Positions 19,849 through 28,585 of a stretch of 64,000 nt of DNA are shown here, one piece after another (positions within the stretch are counted from its first letter, which is position 1; each line of letters opens with the position of its first letter). The notes beneath the pieces are model-generated. The model ran no database searches. It was not told the origin of the DNA and worked only from the letters and a program-made list of their open reading frames with translations. Position numbers and translations under genes: made by a program. This DNA comes from Candidatus Eiseniibacteriota bacterium (GTDB lineage Bacteria; Eisenbacteria; RBG-16-71-46), in NCBI GenBank assembly GCA_963725865.1, contig CAVSAC010000010.1:576001-640000 (forward strand), read 5' to 3'.

Positions 19849-22527
19849 ATGAGTCGCTCGCTTCGCTCCACCCTCGCGCGCGCCGGTGGCGCCCTCGCGC
19901 TCGCCGCGCTCGCCGCCCTCGCCGGTGTGCTCCCCGCGCGGGCCGCCACCAACGTGACGTTCCGCTACCAGCCGGTGATCGGCGGGGTCTCCCAGGTGGC
20001 GGTGGCCGGGTCGTTCAATGGCTGGAACGCCACCGCGAACCCGCTCGCCGACGCCGACAAGGACGGCGTCTGGGAAGCGGTGGTCGCGCTCGAGCCGGGT
20101 CGCGTCGAGTACAAGTTCGTGGTGAACGGGGACCAGTGGTTCACCGACGAGAGCGCTGCGGACTTCTCCCCCGACGGCTTCGGTGGCCAGAACTCCATCC
20201 TCGTGGTCGGCTCGCAGCCGGTCGTGGTGGGACACGGCACCACCATCAAGAAGATCGAGAAGCCGCAGGCCGGGCTGCGCCAGGTGTCGTTCAAGTTCCA
20301 CCCCACCGGCGCGGCTTCGAAGGTGAGCCTCGCGGGCTCGTTCAACGACTGGACGGTCGGCAAGACGCCGCTCGGCGGTCCCGACGCGAACGGCGACTGG
20401 ACCGTCACCGTGCTGCTGGCGCCCGGGTCCTACCCGTACAAGTTCGTGGTCGGCGACGACGGCTGGACGCAGGACAAGGCGGGCCAGGACGCCGAGGTCG
20501 ACGACGGTTTCGGCGGCAAGAACTCCGTGCGCAACGTCGACGACCGCTTCGCCAAGATCGACGTGAAGGCGGGCGACGGGAAGATCTTCCCCGACGGCAT
20601 CACGCACACGCAGGGGGCGAACGAGATCAACAACACCGGCGGCGGCCGGGTCGAATTCACGGCGCGGGCCCATCGCGACGACATCACCGGCATCGACCTG
20701 CTCAGCTGGCCGGCCGGTAAGGCGACCGTGACGCCGATGCGCCTCGTGAACACCGACAAGGTATTCGACTACTACCGCGTCACCGCCACGCTGCCCGGAG
20801 GCGAGACACCCTACGTGTTCCGCTACCACGACGGGCCCGCGGCGCAGGATCTGACGCCCAAGGGCTTCGAGCCCAAGGCCACCACCGACCGGTTCACGTA
20901 CTCCGCGGCGCGCTTCCCGGCGTTCGTGACGCCCGACTGGGTGAAGAACGGCATCATCTACCAGATCTTCCCCGACCGGTTCCGCAACGGCGATCCGACC
21001 AACGACCCCGACTTCCACGAGTGGTATTACGACGGCAAGAAGGCGGCCCCGGCGCCCGGGTCCAAGCTGGCGGTCGAGTACCAGGAGTACTACCACCTGG
21101 TGAAGCCGTGGGAGAACTACCAGGCGCTGACCCAGTGCCCGTGGACGAACGACGGGCGCGACTGGATGGGTTTCTACGGCGGCGACATCGAGGGCGTGCG
21201 CAAGAGCCTCGACTATCTCAAGGGCCTGGGCGTGACGGTGATCTACTTCAACCCGATCTTCGAGGCCAAGTCCACGCACAAGTACGACGCGGCCGACTAC
21301 AAGAAGCTCGACCCCCACTTCGGCACCAACGCGCAGTTCATCACGTTCGTGAAGGAGGCGAAGGCCAAGGGCATCCGCGTCATCCTCGACATCGTCTACA
21401 ACCACTCCGGCAACGCGCACTGGGCGTTCCGCGACGCGGTGGAGAAGGGCACGCAGAGCCCGTACTACCAGTGGTACGAGTTCAAGCAGTGGCCCCTGCC
21501 GCCGGGCTGGCCGAACGTGGGCCACGGGTGGAAGCCGGGCGACTACTACTACTGCTGGTGGGGATTCGGCGACCTGCCCGACCTCAACTTCGACCTCTCG
21601 CGCAACGCCGACGCCGAGAAGGCCATCAAGGACGTCCGGCAGGCGCAGGTCAACGTGCCGCTGGTCAACTACCTGCTCGAGACCACCGAGTACTGGCTCA
21701 AGGAGGCGGACGTCGACGGGGTGCGCCTCGACGTGCCGAACGAGGTCCCCTACTGGTTCTGGACCGTGTTCAACCAGCGCGTCAAGAAGGTCAAGCCCGA
21801 CGCCTACATCGTGGGCGAGTTGTGGGGGAACGCCTCGGACTACGTGAAGCCGGGCGTGTACGACGCGGTGATGAACTACGCGTTCTTCCGCGATCCGGTC
21901 CAGAAGTTCATCGGCATGGGCCAGGGCACCGCGGCCGAGTTCGACGCGACGCTCGCCACCGGACGCCTCACGTACCCGAGCCAGGCGGTGGCCGTGCAGA
22001 TGAACCTGATCGACAGTCACGACACCGTGCGGTTCCTGACCCAGGCGGGCGGCGACGCGAAGCGATTGATGCTCGCCGCGCTGTTCGCGATGACGTACGT
22101 GGGCGCGCCGACCATCTACTACGGCGACGAGATCGGCATGGAGGGCGGCAAGGATCCCGACTGCCGGCGCCCGTTCATCTGGAGCTGGCAGTCGGAGCCC
22201 GCGCGGGTCGCGATGCACGACTGGTACGCGAAGCTCGGCGCGCTGCGCCAGTCGCACGCGGCGCTGCGCACCGGCGAGTTCCGCACCGTCCATGCCTCGG
22301 GCATGACGTACGGCTACGTGCGCAGCGACGGCAAGGAGGATTTCCTGGTGGTCCTCAACGCCGGCCGCCAGGACGGTGAGGTGAAGCTCGACCTCGGCGA
22401 CTGGGGCGGCAAGCTCACGGCGGCCGACGCGCTGGCCGGGGGGCCGGCCCAGACGTGGAGCGGAAGCGCGACGATCGCGGTGCCCGCCGAGTCCGGCCGG
22501 GTGTTCCAGCTGACCCGCGCGCACTAG
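19849..22527 (+). CDS. Secreted GH13 neopullulanase/cyclomaltodextrinase-like enzyme with two N-terminal CBM48 modules
   Basis: AAGGAG RBS; signal peptide ending ARA; two CBM48; TPDWVKNGIIYQIFPDRF, YGGDIEG, ILDIVYNH, GVRLDVPNEV, IVGELW, NLIDSHDT, PTIYYGDE, DPDCRR. Confidence 0.92.
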   Translation: MSRSLRSTLARAGGALALAALAALAGVLPARAATNVTFRYQPVIGGVSQVAVAGSFNGWNATANPLADADKDGVWEAVVALEPGRVEYKFVVNGDQWFTDESAADFSPDGFGGQNSILVVGSQPVVVGHGTTIKKIEKPQAGLRQVSFKFHPTGAASKVSLAGSFNDWTVGKTPLGGPDANGDWTVTVLLAPGSYPYKFVVGDDGWTQDKAGQDAEVDDGFGGKNSVRNVDDRFAKIDVKAGDGKIFPDGITHTQGANEINNTGGGRVEFTARAHRDDITGIDLLSWPAGKATVTPMRLVNTDKVFDYYRVTATLPGGETPYVFRYHDGPAAQDLTPKGFEPKATTDRFTYSAARFPAFVTPDWVKNGIIYQIFPDRFRNGDPTNDPDFHEWYYDGKKAAPAPGSKLAVEYQEYYHLVKPWENYQALTQCPWTNDGRDWMGFYGGDIEGVRKSLDYLKGLGVTVIYFNPIFEAKSTHKYDAADYKKLDPHFGTNAQFITFVKEAKAKGIRVILDIVYNHSGNAHWAFRDAVEKGTQSPYYQWYEFKQWPLPPGWPNVGHGWKPGDYYYCWWGFGDLPDLNFDLSRNADAEKAIKDVRQAQVNVPLVNYLLETTEYWLKEADVDGVRLDVPNEVPYWFWTVFNQRVKKVKPDAYIVGELWGNASDYVKPGVYDAVMNYAFFRDPVQKFIGMGQGTAAEFDATLATGRLTYPSQAVAVQMNLIDSHDTVRFLTQAGGDAKRLMLAALFAMTYVGAPTIYYGDEIGMEGGKDPDCRRPFIWSWQSEPARVAMHDWYAKLGALRQSHAALRTGEFRTVHASGMTYGYVRSDGKEDFLVVLNAGRQDGEVKLDLGDWGGKLTAADALAGGPAQTWSGSATIAVPAESGRVFQLTRAH

Positions 22528-22548
22528 CCAGCGCCGCGGCGAAGCGCG

Positions 22549-22581
22549 ACGGGCCCCGTCCGGTCAGCGGACGGGGCCCGT
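22549..22581. terminator. Bidirectional terminator hairpin
   Basis: 14-bp stem ACGGGCCCCGTCCG-gtcag-CGGACGGGGCCCGT between convergent genes. Confidence 0.75.
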
Positions 22582-22603
22582 TCGTCGTGCGGCGCGGCGC
22601 GGC

Positions 22604-23707
22604 TCAGACGGTCGGCGGCGGCACCAGGTTGCGCTCGGTCTCGGGATCGAAGAAGTGCAGCTTGGCGAAGTCGAAGTGCAGGTCGGAGTGCTCGCCCACC
22701 GCCGGCGCGTGCTGGCCCGGCACCCGCGAGACGATCACGCCCGCCGGGCTCGACCAGTGCACCAGCACCTCGTTGCCCAGCGGCTCGCTCACCTCGACGC
22801 GTCCGCGCAGCGTGCCGCCGGGCCCGTTCGACGCGATCGTCAGGTCCTCGGGCCGCACACCCACCAGCACCGGCCGCCCGCGGCGCCCGGCCAGCGTGGC
22901 CGCGAGCGACTCCGGCAGCGGCACGCTCCAGCCGTCCACCGTGAACGCCAGCGCGCCCTCGGCGCTGACCTGGGCGTCGAAGAAGTTGATCGGCGGGCTT
23001 CCGATGAACCCCGCGACGAACTGGTTCGCCGGGTGCTGGTAGAGCGTGAACGGGTCGGCCACCTGCTGGAGCACGCCCTTGCGCAGGACCGCGATGCGGT
23101 CGCCGAGGGTCATCGCCTCGACCTGGTCGTGGGTCACGTAGATCATGGTCGCCTGCACGCGCTGATGGAGGCGCTTGATCTCGGCCCGCATCTGGACGCG
23201 CAGCTTGGCGTCGAGGTTCGAGAGCGGCTCGTCGAACAGGAACACCTGCGGGTCGCGCACCATGGCGCGCCCCAGCGCGACCCGCTGGCGCTCGCCGCCC
23301 GACAGCTCCTTCGGCTTGCGCTCGAGATAGGTCTCGAGCCCCAGCGTCTTCGCGGCGTCGCGCACGCGGCGATCGATGTCGCCCGCCGGCAGCTTGCGGC
23401 GGCGCAGTCCGAACGCCATGTTCTCGAACACCGACATGTGCGGATAGAGCGCGTAGTTCTGGAACACCATCGCGATGTCGCGATCCTTCGGAGCGACCTC
23501 GTTGACCACCCGCCCGCCGATCCGGATCTCGCCGGAGGTGACCTCCTCGAGCCCCGCCACCATGCGCAGCACGGTGGATTTCCCGCAGCCCGAAGGGCCG
23601 ACGAGCACCAGGAACTCCCCGTCGCGGATGCTCAGGCTGACGGCATCCACGGCCTGCTGACCGCGGCCGTAGGACTTGGAGAGCTTCAGGAGGTCGACGC
23701 CGGGCAT
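22604..23707 (-). CDS. malK: Sugar ABC transporter ATP-binding protein (MalK/MsmX/UgpC family)
   Basis: GPSGCGKST, MVFQNYALYPH, LSGGERQR, FDEPLSNLDAKLR, YVTHDQVEAM, C-terminal TOBE-like region. Confidence 0.92.
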   Translation of the reverse strand: MPGVDLLKLSKSYGRGQQAVDAVSLSIRDGEFLVLVGPSGCGKSTVLRMVAGLEEVTSGEIRIGGRVVNEVAPKDRDIAMVFQNYALYPHMSVFENMAFGLRRRKLPAGDIDRRVRDAAKTLGLETYLERKPKELSGGERQRVALGRAMVRDPQVFLFDEPLSNLDAKLRVQMRAEIKRLHQRVQATMIYVTHDQVEAMTLGDRIAVLRKGVLQQVADPFTLYQHPANQFVAGFIGSPPINFFDAQVSAEGALAFTVDGWSVPLPESLAATLAGRRGRPVLVGVRPEDLTIASNGPGGTLRGRVEVSEPLGNEVLVHWSSPAGVIVSRVPGQHAPAVGEHSDLHFDFAKLHFFDPETERNLVPPPTV

Positions 23708-23837
23708 GGATTCGTTCCCTGTGGGTCGAGCGGCGTGGGGATGCGGTGAGCGGCGAGGAAGTTACTCGATGCGACCGCCCCAGGCAACGCGCCGGGGCGA
23801 GGCCGCGCCCCGGCGCGTCGGGAGAGCGGACGCGGGC

Positions 23838-24302
23838 TCACGCCGCGGGCGCGGGCACGGGCACGGGCATGCGCACGACCATCACGTCGCAGGGCGCGTG
23901 GGCGACCACGTGGGAGGCCACGCTGCCCATCAGCAGCCGCGCCAGCCCGGTGCGTCCGTGCGAGCCCATGACGATGATGTCCACGCCCTCGTGCCGCGCG
24001 GCGTCCACGATCGCCTCGCGGGGATCGCCGTGGAGCAGGCGGGGCACCACCTGCAGCCCGCTGCCGCGCAGCTCGCCCTCGGCACGGCTCAGCAGGGCCT
24101 CGTGCGCCTTCACCTGATCGTCCCAGGCCGGCTCGACCGCGAGCGCGCCGGGAGTCTGGAACTCGGCGTAGGCCAGCACCGTCGCCGGCCGCGCGACCGA
24201 CAGCACGATCACCATGCTGCCGGCGGGCCACAGCATCCGCCTCACCCGATCCAGGGCCGCTCGCGAGTGCGGCGAATCATCGATCGCCAGCAAGATCCTC
24301 AT
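23838..24302 (-). CDS. Universal stress protein (UspA family)
   Basis: MRILLAIDDSPHS; GDPREAI; IVMGSHGRTGLARLLMGSVA; RBS AGGAG. Confidence 0.9.
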   Translation of the reverse strand: MRILLAIDDSPHSRAALDRVRRMLWPAGSMVIVLSVARPATVLAYAEFQTPGALAVEPAWDDQVKAHEALLSRAEGELRGSGLQVVPRLLHGDPREAIVDAARHEGVDIIVMGSHGRTGLARLLMGSVASHVVAHAPCDVMVVRMPVPVPAPAA

Positions 24303-24449
24303 GGCGTCTCCTTTCCTGGGGGGTCGCCGAGAGCATCCCGCCGCCGTGCTCGCGAGGCAAGCGGGTATCGACCCGGCGGGGGCCCCCACCGGGCGTGAAG
24401 ACCGCCACGGCTCCGCGACGCGGCGGCCGCGGGCGCAGCTCTCGAACCG

Positions 24450-25655
24450 CTAGCGGGGCGCGGGTTCGGCGAGCAGGAAGACGAGGATGCGGTCGAGACG
24501 GGCGGACCAGGCGCGCTCGTCGTGACGGGCGCCCGCGACCTCCTCGTAGTGCAGCGCCATGCTCCGGGCGTCGGCGCGCGCGGCGAGCGCGTCCCGCAAC
24601 GCGCGGGTGTCGGCGAGCGCGCGCGCCGGGTCGCCCTCGCTGGCCGCGCCCTCGGCGGTGCCGATGTCCAGCCACACCCGCGCGGGCGCGTGCGGCGCGG
24701 CCGCGGCGACCCGCACGATGTCACGGCCGGCCCACCAGGTGGCGGGCGACACGCAGCCGACGCGGCCGAACACTCCGGGATGCTCGAGCGCCAGCCACAG
24801 CGAGACGATGCCGCCGAGCGAGGAGCCCAGCACGGTGGTGTGCGCCGCGTCCGGGAGCGTGCGATAGGTGGAGTCGATCGAGGGCTTCAGCTCCTCGATC
24901 AGGTAACGCGCGTACGCGGCGGCGCCGCCTCCGCCGGAGCGTTCGTCGGGCACCCAGGTGTAGTCGGCGATGCGATCCGGCGTGTTGGCCACCGCCACCA
25001 GGATGCACGGCGGGATCGAATCCGCGCGCACCAGTCGATCGGCGGTCTCGTCGGCGCCCCACTCCACGCCGATGAACGAGGTGGCGGCGTCGAAGACGTT
25101 CTGTCCGTCGTGCAGGTAGACGACCGGGTAGCGCCGCCCCACCGCCGCGTCGTAGCCGGGCGGCAGCCACACCAGTGCCTGGCGGTCCCGTACATATCGC
25201 GAGTGGAGTGCGGGGTGGGTGCGCACGTCGCCGGTGAGCGTGTGGCTCCGCGGCGTCGCGTGCTCGGTCTGGTCCCGCCAGGCGGCCACCGTCACGCGAA
25301 CGGTGTCCGAGCGCACGGCGCTCCAGCGCCGGTTGGCGAGCTCTTCGCCGCCGGCTCCCTTCTCGACCGTCTCCCACGAGCCGCGCGTGACCTTGAATTC
25401 CAGGGTCGTCCCGCGTGGCACGCTCGCCACGGCGGTGAAGCGGCCGTCGCCGAACGGCGTGCAGCGCAGCCCCGCGGGCGACCAGCCGCCCAGCACCGCA
25501 GCGTCCCCGGCCAGCCACACCCCGGCGTCCGCTGGCGTGCCCGGCGGGATGGTGACGAGGAACACCAGTCGGACGTCCTCGGCGAGCGCGGCGCCCGCCG
25601 CGAGCCCGATCACGAGCAGCGCGGGAGCGAGCGCCGCCGGCAGCCGGGCGCGCAC
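24450..25655 (-). CDS. Secreted CBM20-like domain plus alpha/beta-hydrolase esterase
   Basis: Signal peptide; VWLAGDAAVLGGW..LEFKVTRGSWETVE..NR (CBM20-like); VWLPPGY..YPVVYLHDGQN, nucleophile elbow GSSLGG, C-terminal His in ARHDE. Confidence 0.85.
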   Translation of the reverse strand: MRARLPAALAPALLVIGLAAGAALAEDVRLVFLVTIPPGTPADAGVWLAGDAAVLGGWSPAGLRCTPFGDGRFTAVASVPRGTTLEFKVTRGSWETVEKGAGGEELANRRWSAVRSDTVRVTVAAWRDQTEHATPRSHTLTGDVRTHPALHSRYVRDRQALVWLPPGYDAAVGRRYPVVYLHDGQNVFDAATSFIGVEWGADETADRLVRADSIPPCILVAVANTPDRIADYTWVPDERSGGGGAAAYARYLIEELKPSIDSTYRTLPDAAHTTVLGSSLGGIVSLWLALEHPGVFGRVGCVSPATWWAGRDIVRVAAAAPHAPARVWLDIGTAEGAASEGDPARALADTRALRDALAARADARSMALHYEEVAGARHDERAWSARLDRILVFLLAEPAPR

Positions 25656-25656
25656 G

Positions 25657-26310
25657 TCAGGACCGCTCCGTCGCCGCCTCGCGCTTGAGGCGGCGCCCGA
25701 TGAGGTCGACCGCGAGGTAGAGCACGAACATCAGCGCCGCGGCCGCCACGAACCACAGCAGCTTGGCCTTCAGCACGTGCGCGAGCGCCGCGGGATCGTC
25801 GAGCAGGCGCGGCTCCTCGCCCAGCACCCGCGCGCCGAACCACGCCAGCACCGTGCTCCATAGCAGCGAGCCGAGCAGGGTCATGGTGGTGAAGACGCCG
25901 AACGGCATGCGGGCGGCGCCCGCTGGCAACGAGACCAGGTGGCGCACCACCGGCAGCAAGCGCGCGAAGAAGATGCCGCCGTACGAATAGCGGTTGATCC
26001 AGCGCTCGGCCAGCAGCCACTTCTTCTCGGGCACGAACACGTACTTGCCGAAGCGCAGGATGAGTGGCCGCCCGACCGCGCGCGCGACCCAGTACGAGAG
26101 CGCCGAGCCGAGCCACGAGCCCATCGTGGCGGCGAACACCACGCCCCAGAAGTGCATCTTCCCCTGCGTGGCCCAGTACGCCGCGGGCGGCACCACCACC
26201 TCGCTCGGCAACGGGAACACCGTGGACTCGATCGCCATGAGCAGTGCCACGCCCGCGTAGCCCCAGTCGTGCACCAGCCGGAACCACACGCCCAACAGGT
26301 CGTGGAACAC
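25657..26310 (-). CDS. DedA family membrane protein
   Basis: LMAIESTVFPLPSEVV, GSALSYWV, FFARLLPVVRHLVSLPAG. Confidence 0.9.
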   Translation of the reverse strand: MFHDLLGVWFRLVHDWGYAGVALLMAIESTVFPLPSEVVVPPAAYWATQGKMHFWGVVFAATMGSWLGSALSYWVARAVGRPLILRFGKYVFVPEKKWLLAERWINRYSYGGIFFARLLPVVRHLVSLPAGAARMPFGVFTTMTLLGSLLWSTVLAWFGARVLGEEPRLLDDPAALAHVLKAKLLWFVAAAALMFVLYLAVDLIGRRLKREAATERS

Positions 26311-26313
26311 CCG

Positions 26314-27216
26314 CTATGCTCCTTCCTGCGCCGCCAGCGGCGCCGCGTGCCCGGCGAGCGGGCTGTTCGAGGCTTCGGTCTCGGCCCACGCGAAGTCGTC
26401 GCCGTCGGCCACCGGTCGGGCGCACGAGATCGCCGGGTCGTGCTCCAGCATCACCCAGCCAGCCTCGGCCGCCGCACGGCCGAGCAGCGCGCGCTTCTCC
26501 TCCATCGTCTCGATCGCCGCCACGTCGTAGCCCATCACGAACGGCACCCGCACGTGCGAGGCGGTCGGCACCATGTCGGCGACGAAGTAGAGCGACCCCT
26601 CGGGGCCCGCGACCCGCACGCCCTGCTGGCCGCGCGTGTGGCCCTCGAACGTGAACACCTCGATGCCGGGCCACGGACGCTGCGCGCCCTCCCACAGCGT
26701 GAGCACTCCGGCCTCCATCAGAGGATCGAAGTTCTCGGGCAGATACGACGCGCGCTCGCGCGGATTCGGCGCGTGCGCGTTGTCCCAGTTGCGGCGCTGC
26801 ACGTAGTAGCGGGCGCGCGGCAGCCGCGGCACCAGCGCCTCGCCCTCGCGGCGGGTCGAGCCGCCGGCATGATCGAAGTGCAGGTGTGTGAGCACCACGT
26901 CGGTGACGTCCTCGACCGCCAGCCCGCGCGCCGCGAGCGCGTCGTCGAGCGTCGGCACCCCGGACTCGATGCGGTAGATGTCCGTGAGCTTCGGCCCGAA
27001 CTTGGCGCCGACCCCATCGTCCACCAGGATGCGCCGGCCCTCCCCCTCGAGCAGCAGGCAGCGCATCGCGAGGCGGATGCGATTGCGCTCGTCGGGCGCG
27101 TTCGAGCGGCTCCACAGGTTCTTGGGGACCGAGCCGAACATCGCGCCGCCGTCGAGCCACAGGTAGCCGGTCTCGAGGGCGTGCAACTTCCAGGGGCCGA
27201 GGGTGCGGTCGATCAT
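26314..27216 (-). CDS. MBL-fold metallo-hydrolase (YtnP-like)
   Basis: LDGGAMFGSVPK; THLHFDHAGG metal motif; GHTRG; GYD; EHDP. Confidence 0.9.
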   Translation of the reverse strand: MIDRTLGPWKLHALETGYLWLDGGAMFGSVPKNLWSRSNAPDERNRIRLAMRCLLLEGEGRRILVDDGVGAKFGPKLTDIYRIESGVPTLDDALAARGLAVEDVTDVVLTHLHFDHAGGSTRREGEALVPRLPRARYYVQRRNWDNAHAPNPRERASYLPENFDPLMEAGVLTLWEGAQRPWPGIEVFTFEGHTRGQQGVRVAGPEGSLYFVADMVPTASHVRVPFVMGYDVAAIETMEEKRALLGRAAAEAGWVMLEHDPAISCARPVADGDDFAWAETEASNSPLAGHAAPLAAQEGA

Positions 27217-27368
27217 GGGCGGGCAGGATGCGCGAGGGGTGGGTGGGCGGTCAATCCCCCGCGCCGACTCGCAGGTCCGCGCGGGGTTCCGGCACGCTTC
27301 GGGCGCGCCTGCTGCTGCCGGGCGCGCCCGTCGCGTGGGAGGGGGCTGGAGGGGGGTTGTGCGGGACG

Positions 27369-28148
27369 CTACTTGCGATAGCGCGCCTTGAGCGCGCCGA
27401 ACGACAACTGGGACACCGGCGTCGCGCCGAACGCGGTGACCTCGAAGACGACGTCGTTGAAGTCGTTGTCGGCGCCGACGCAGCACGGTGACGGATTCGG
27501 GCCCGTGTCGAGGTCCTCGAAGCACACGAGCCAGGTCTGCTGGCCATCCCCGAGCTCGTGGTTGACCAGCCGCGTGACGTCGAACACGAGCATCTGCACG
27601 TCCCCGTCGGTGGGCGCATGGATCGCGCCGAGGCCGTCGGGTCCACGATCGTTGTACCAGCGGTTGGAGAAGAACACCTCGGGCTGCGGCGCGTTCGGCG
27701 CGTCGCCGGGGCCGTTGGGATCGAGGTAGAAGCCGAACTTGGTCATCGGGTGGTCGAACGCGATGTACGTGGTCGCGCCGATCCCGTCGAGTCCCTCGAA
27801 CACGATGCCGTCGTTGACACCGTCGATCACGGGCTTGGTGCCGGTCTCGACGTACCAGCCGAGCACGTTGAAGTCACTGTTCCCGGCGATCTCGCGCACC
27901 ATCACGGCCGAGAAGTGGTTGTCCACCCAGAACCACGGATCGATGTCCCCAGCGTGGGCGCCGATGTAATCGCTCTCGACGTTGAGCGCACCCGCGCCGT
28001 AGCGGGAGTCGACGACGTCCTGCAGGGACTTGCCGGGGCCGTCCCACGAAGTCCCGAACGCGACGGGCACGATAGCCTGGGCGGGGCTGGCGAGGCTCAG
28101 CAGCCCCGCGGCGGATGCGACTACGCAAAGATGCACCCAAACCTTCAT
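27369..28148 (-). CDS. Secreted protein (DUF4114-like C-terminal part) with SFGALKARYRK tail
   Basis: Signal peptide ending AQA; LVCFEDL...ADNDFNDVVFEV; ends TPVSQLSFGALKARYRK. Confidence 0.75.
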   Translation of the reverse strand: MKVWVHLCVVASAAGLLSLASPAQAIVPVAFGTSWDGPGKSLQDVVDSRYGAGALNVESDYIGAHAGDIDPWFWVDNHFSAVMVREIAGNSDFNVLGWYVETGTKPVIDGVNDGIVFEGLDGIGATTYIAFDHPMTKFGFYLDPNGPGDAPNAPQPEVFFSNRWYNDRGPDGLGAIHAPTDGDVQMLVFDVTRLVNHELGDGQQTWLVCFEDLDTGPNPSPCCVGADNDFNDVVFEVTAFGATPVSQLSFGALKARYRK

Positions 28149-28585
28149 GAAGACGGTCTCCTGCGACTATGGCGATGGGGTGGTTCCATCCACCGGGTGA
28201 CCGGCGGTCATCCAGCGCCCGGCAAGGGGGGGACGAATCTGGGGCCGACGCTGGACTTCTCGTACGCCGAAGAGATTATCAGTCTGGCACTTGCTATCTC
28301 AATGAGTTTTTGGGCCCAGCTCACTCGCCACGCGAGCGGACCAGAAGGACTCAGCGTGCGGTCTCAGCGGGGGTATGCGACCTGGGAGCCGGCACCCTGC
28401 ACCGGGTGATTACCCCCATCGGCGTCTGGAAGTTCCGGCGCGACCGCAGGTGGGTCCCCGGGTGCTCTCCAGCGTCCGCTCGGCGGGCGCCGGCAGCGCC
28501 CCGGCGCGCCCCTCACCTACCCGCTCGGCGGGCGCCCTCCGCGCCCCGCCGGCGCCTTGCGCACCGCCGCCAGGCGCGGCCGGCC

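Noticed and set aside
28273..28303. TGGCAC-TTGCT as a sigma54 promoter
   Set aside because: The -24/-12 spacing is wrong and it points away from the nearest gene start; more likely part of a minus-strand sigma70 promoter (TTGAGA-N16-GATAAT), too weak to call.
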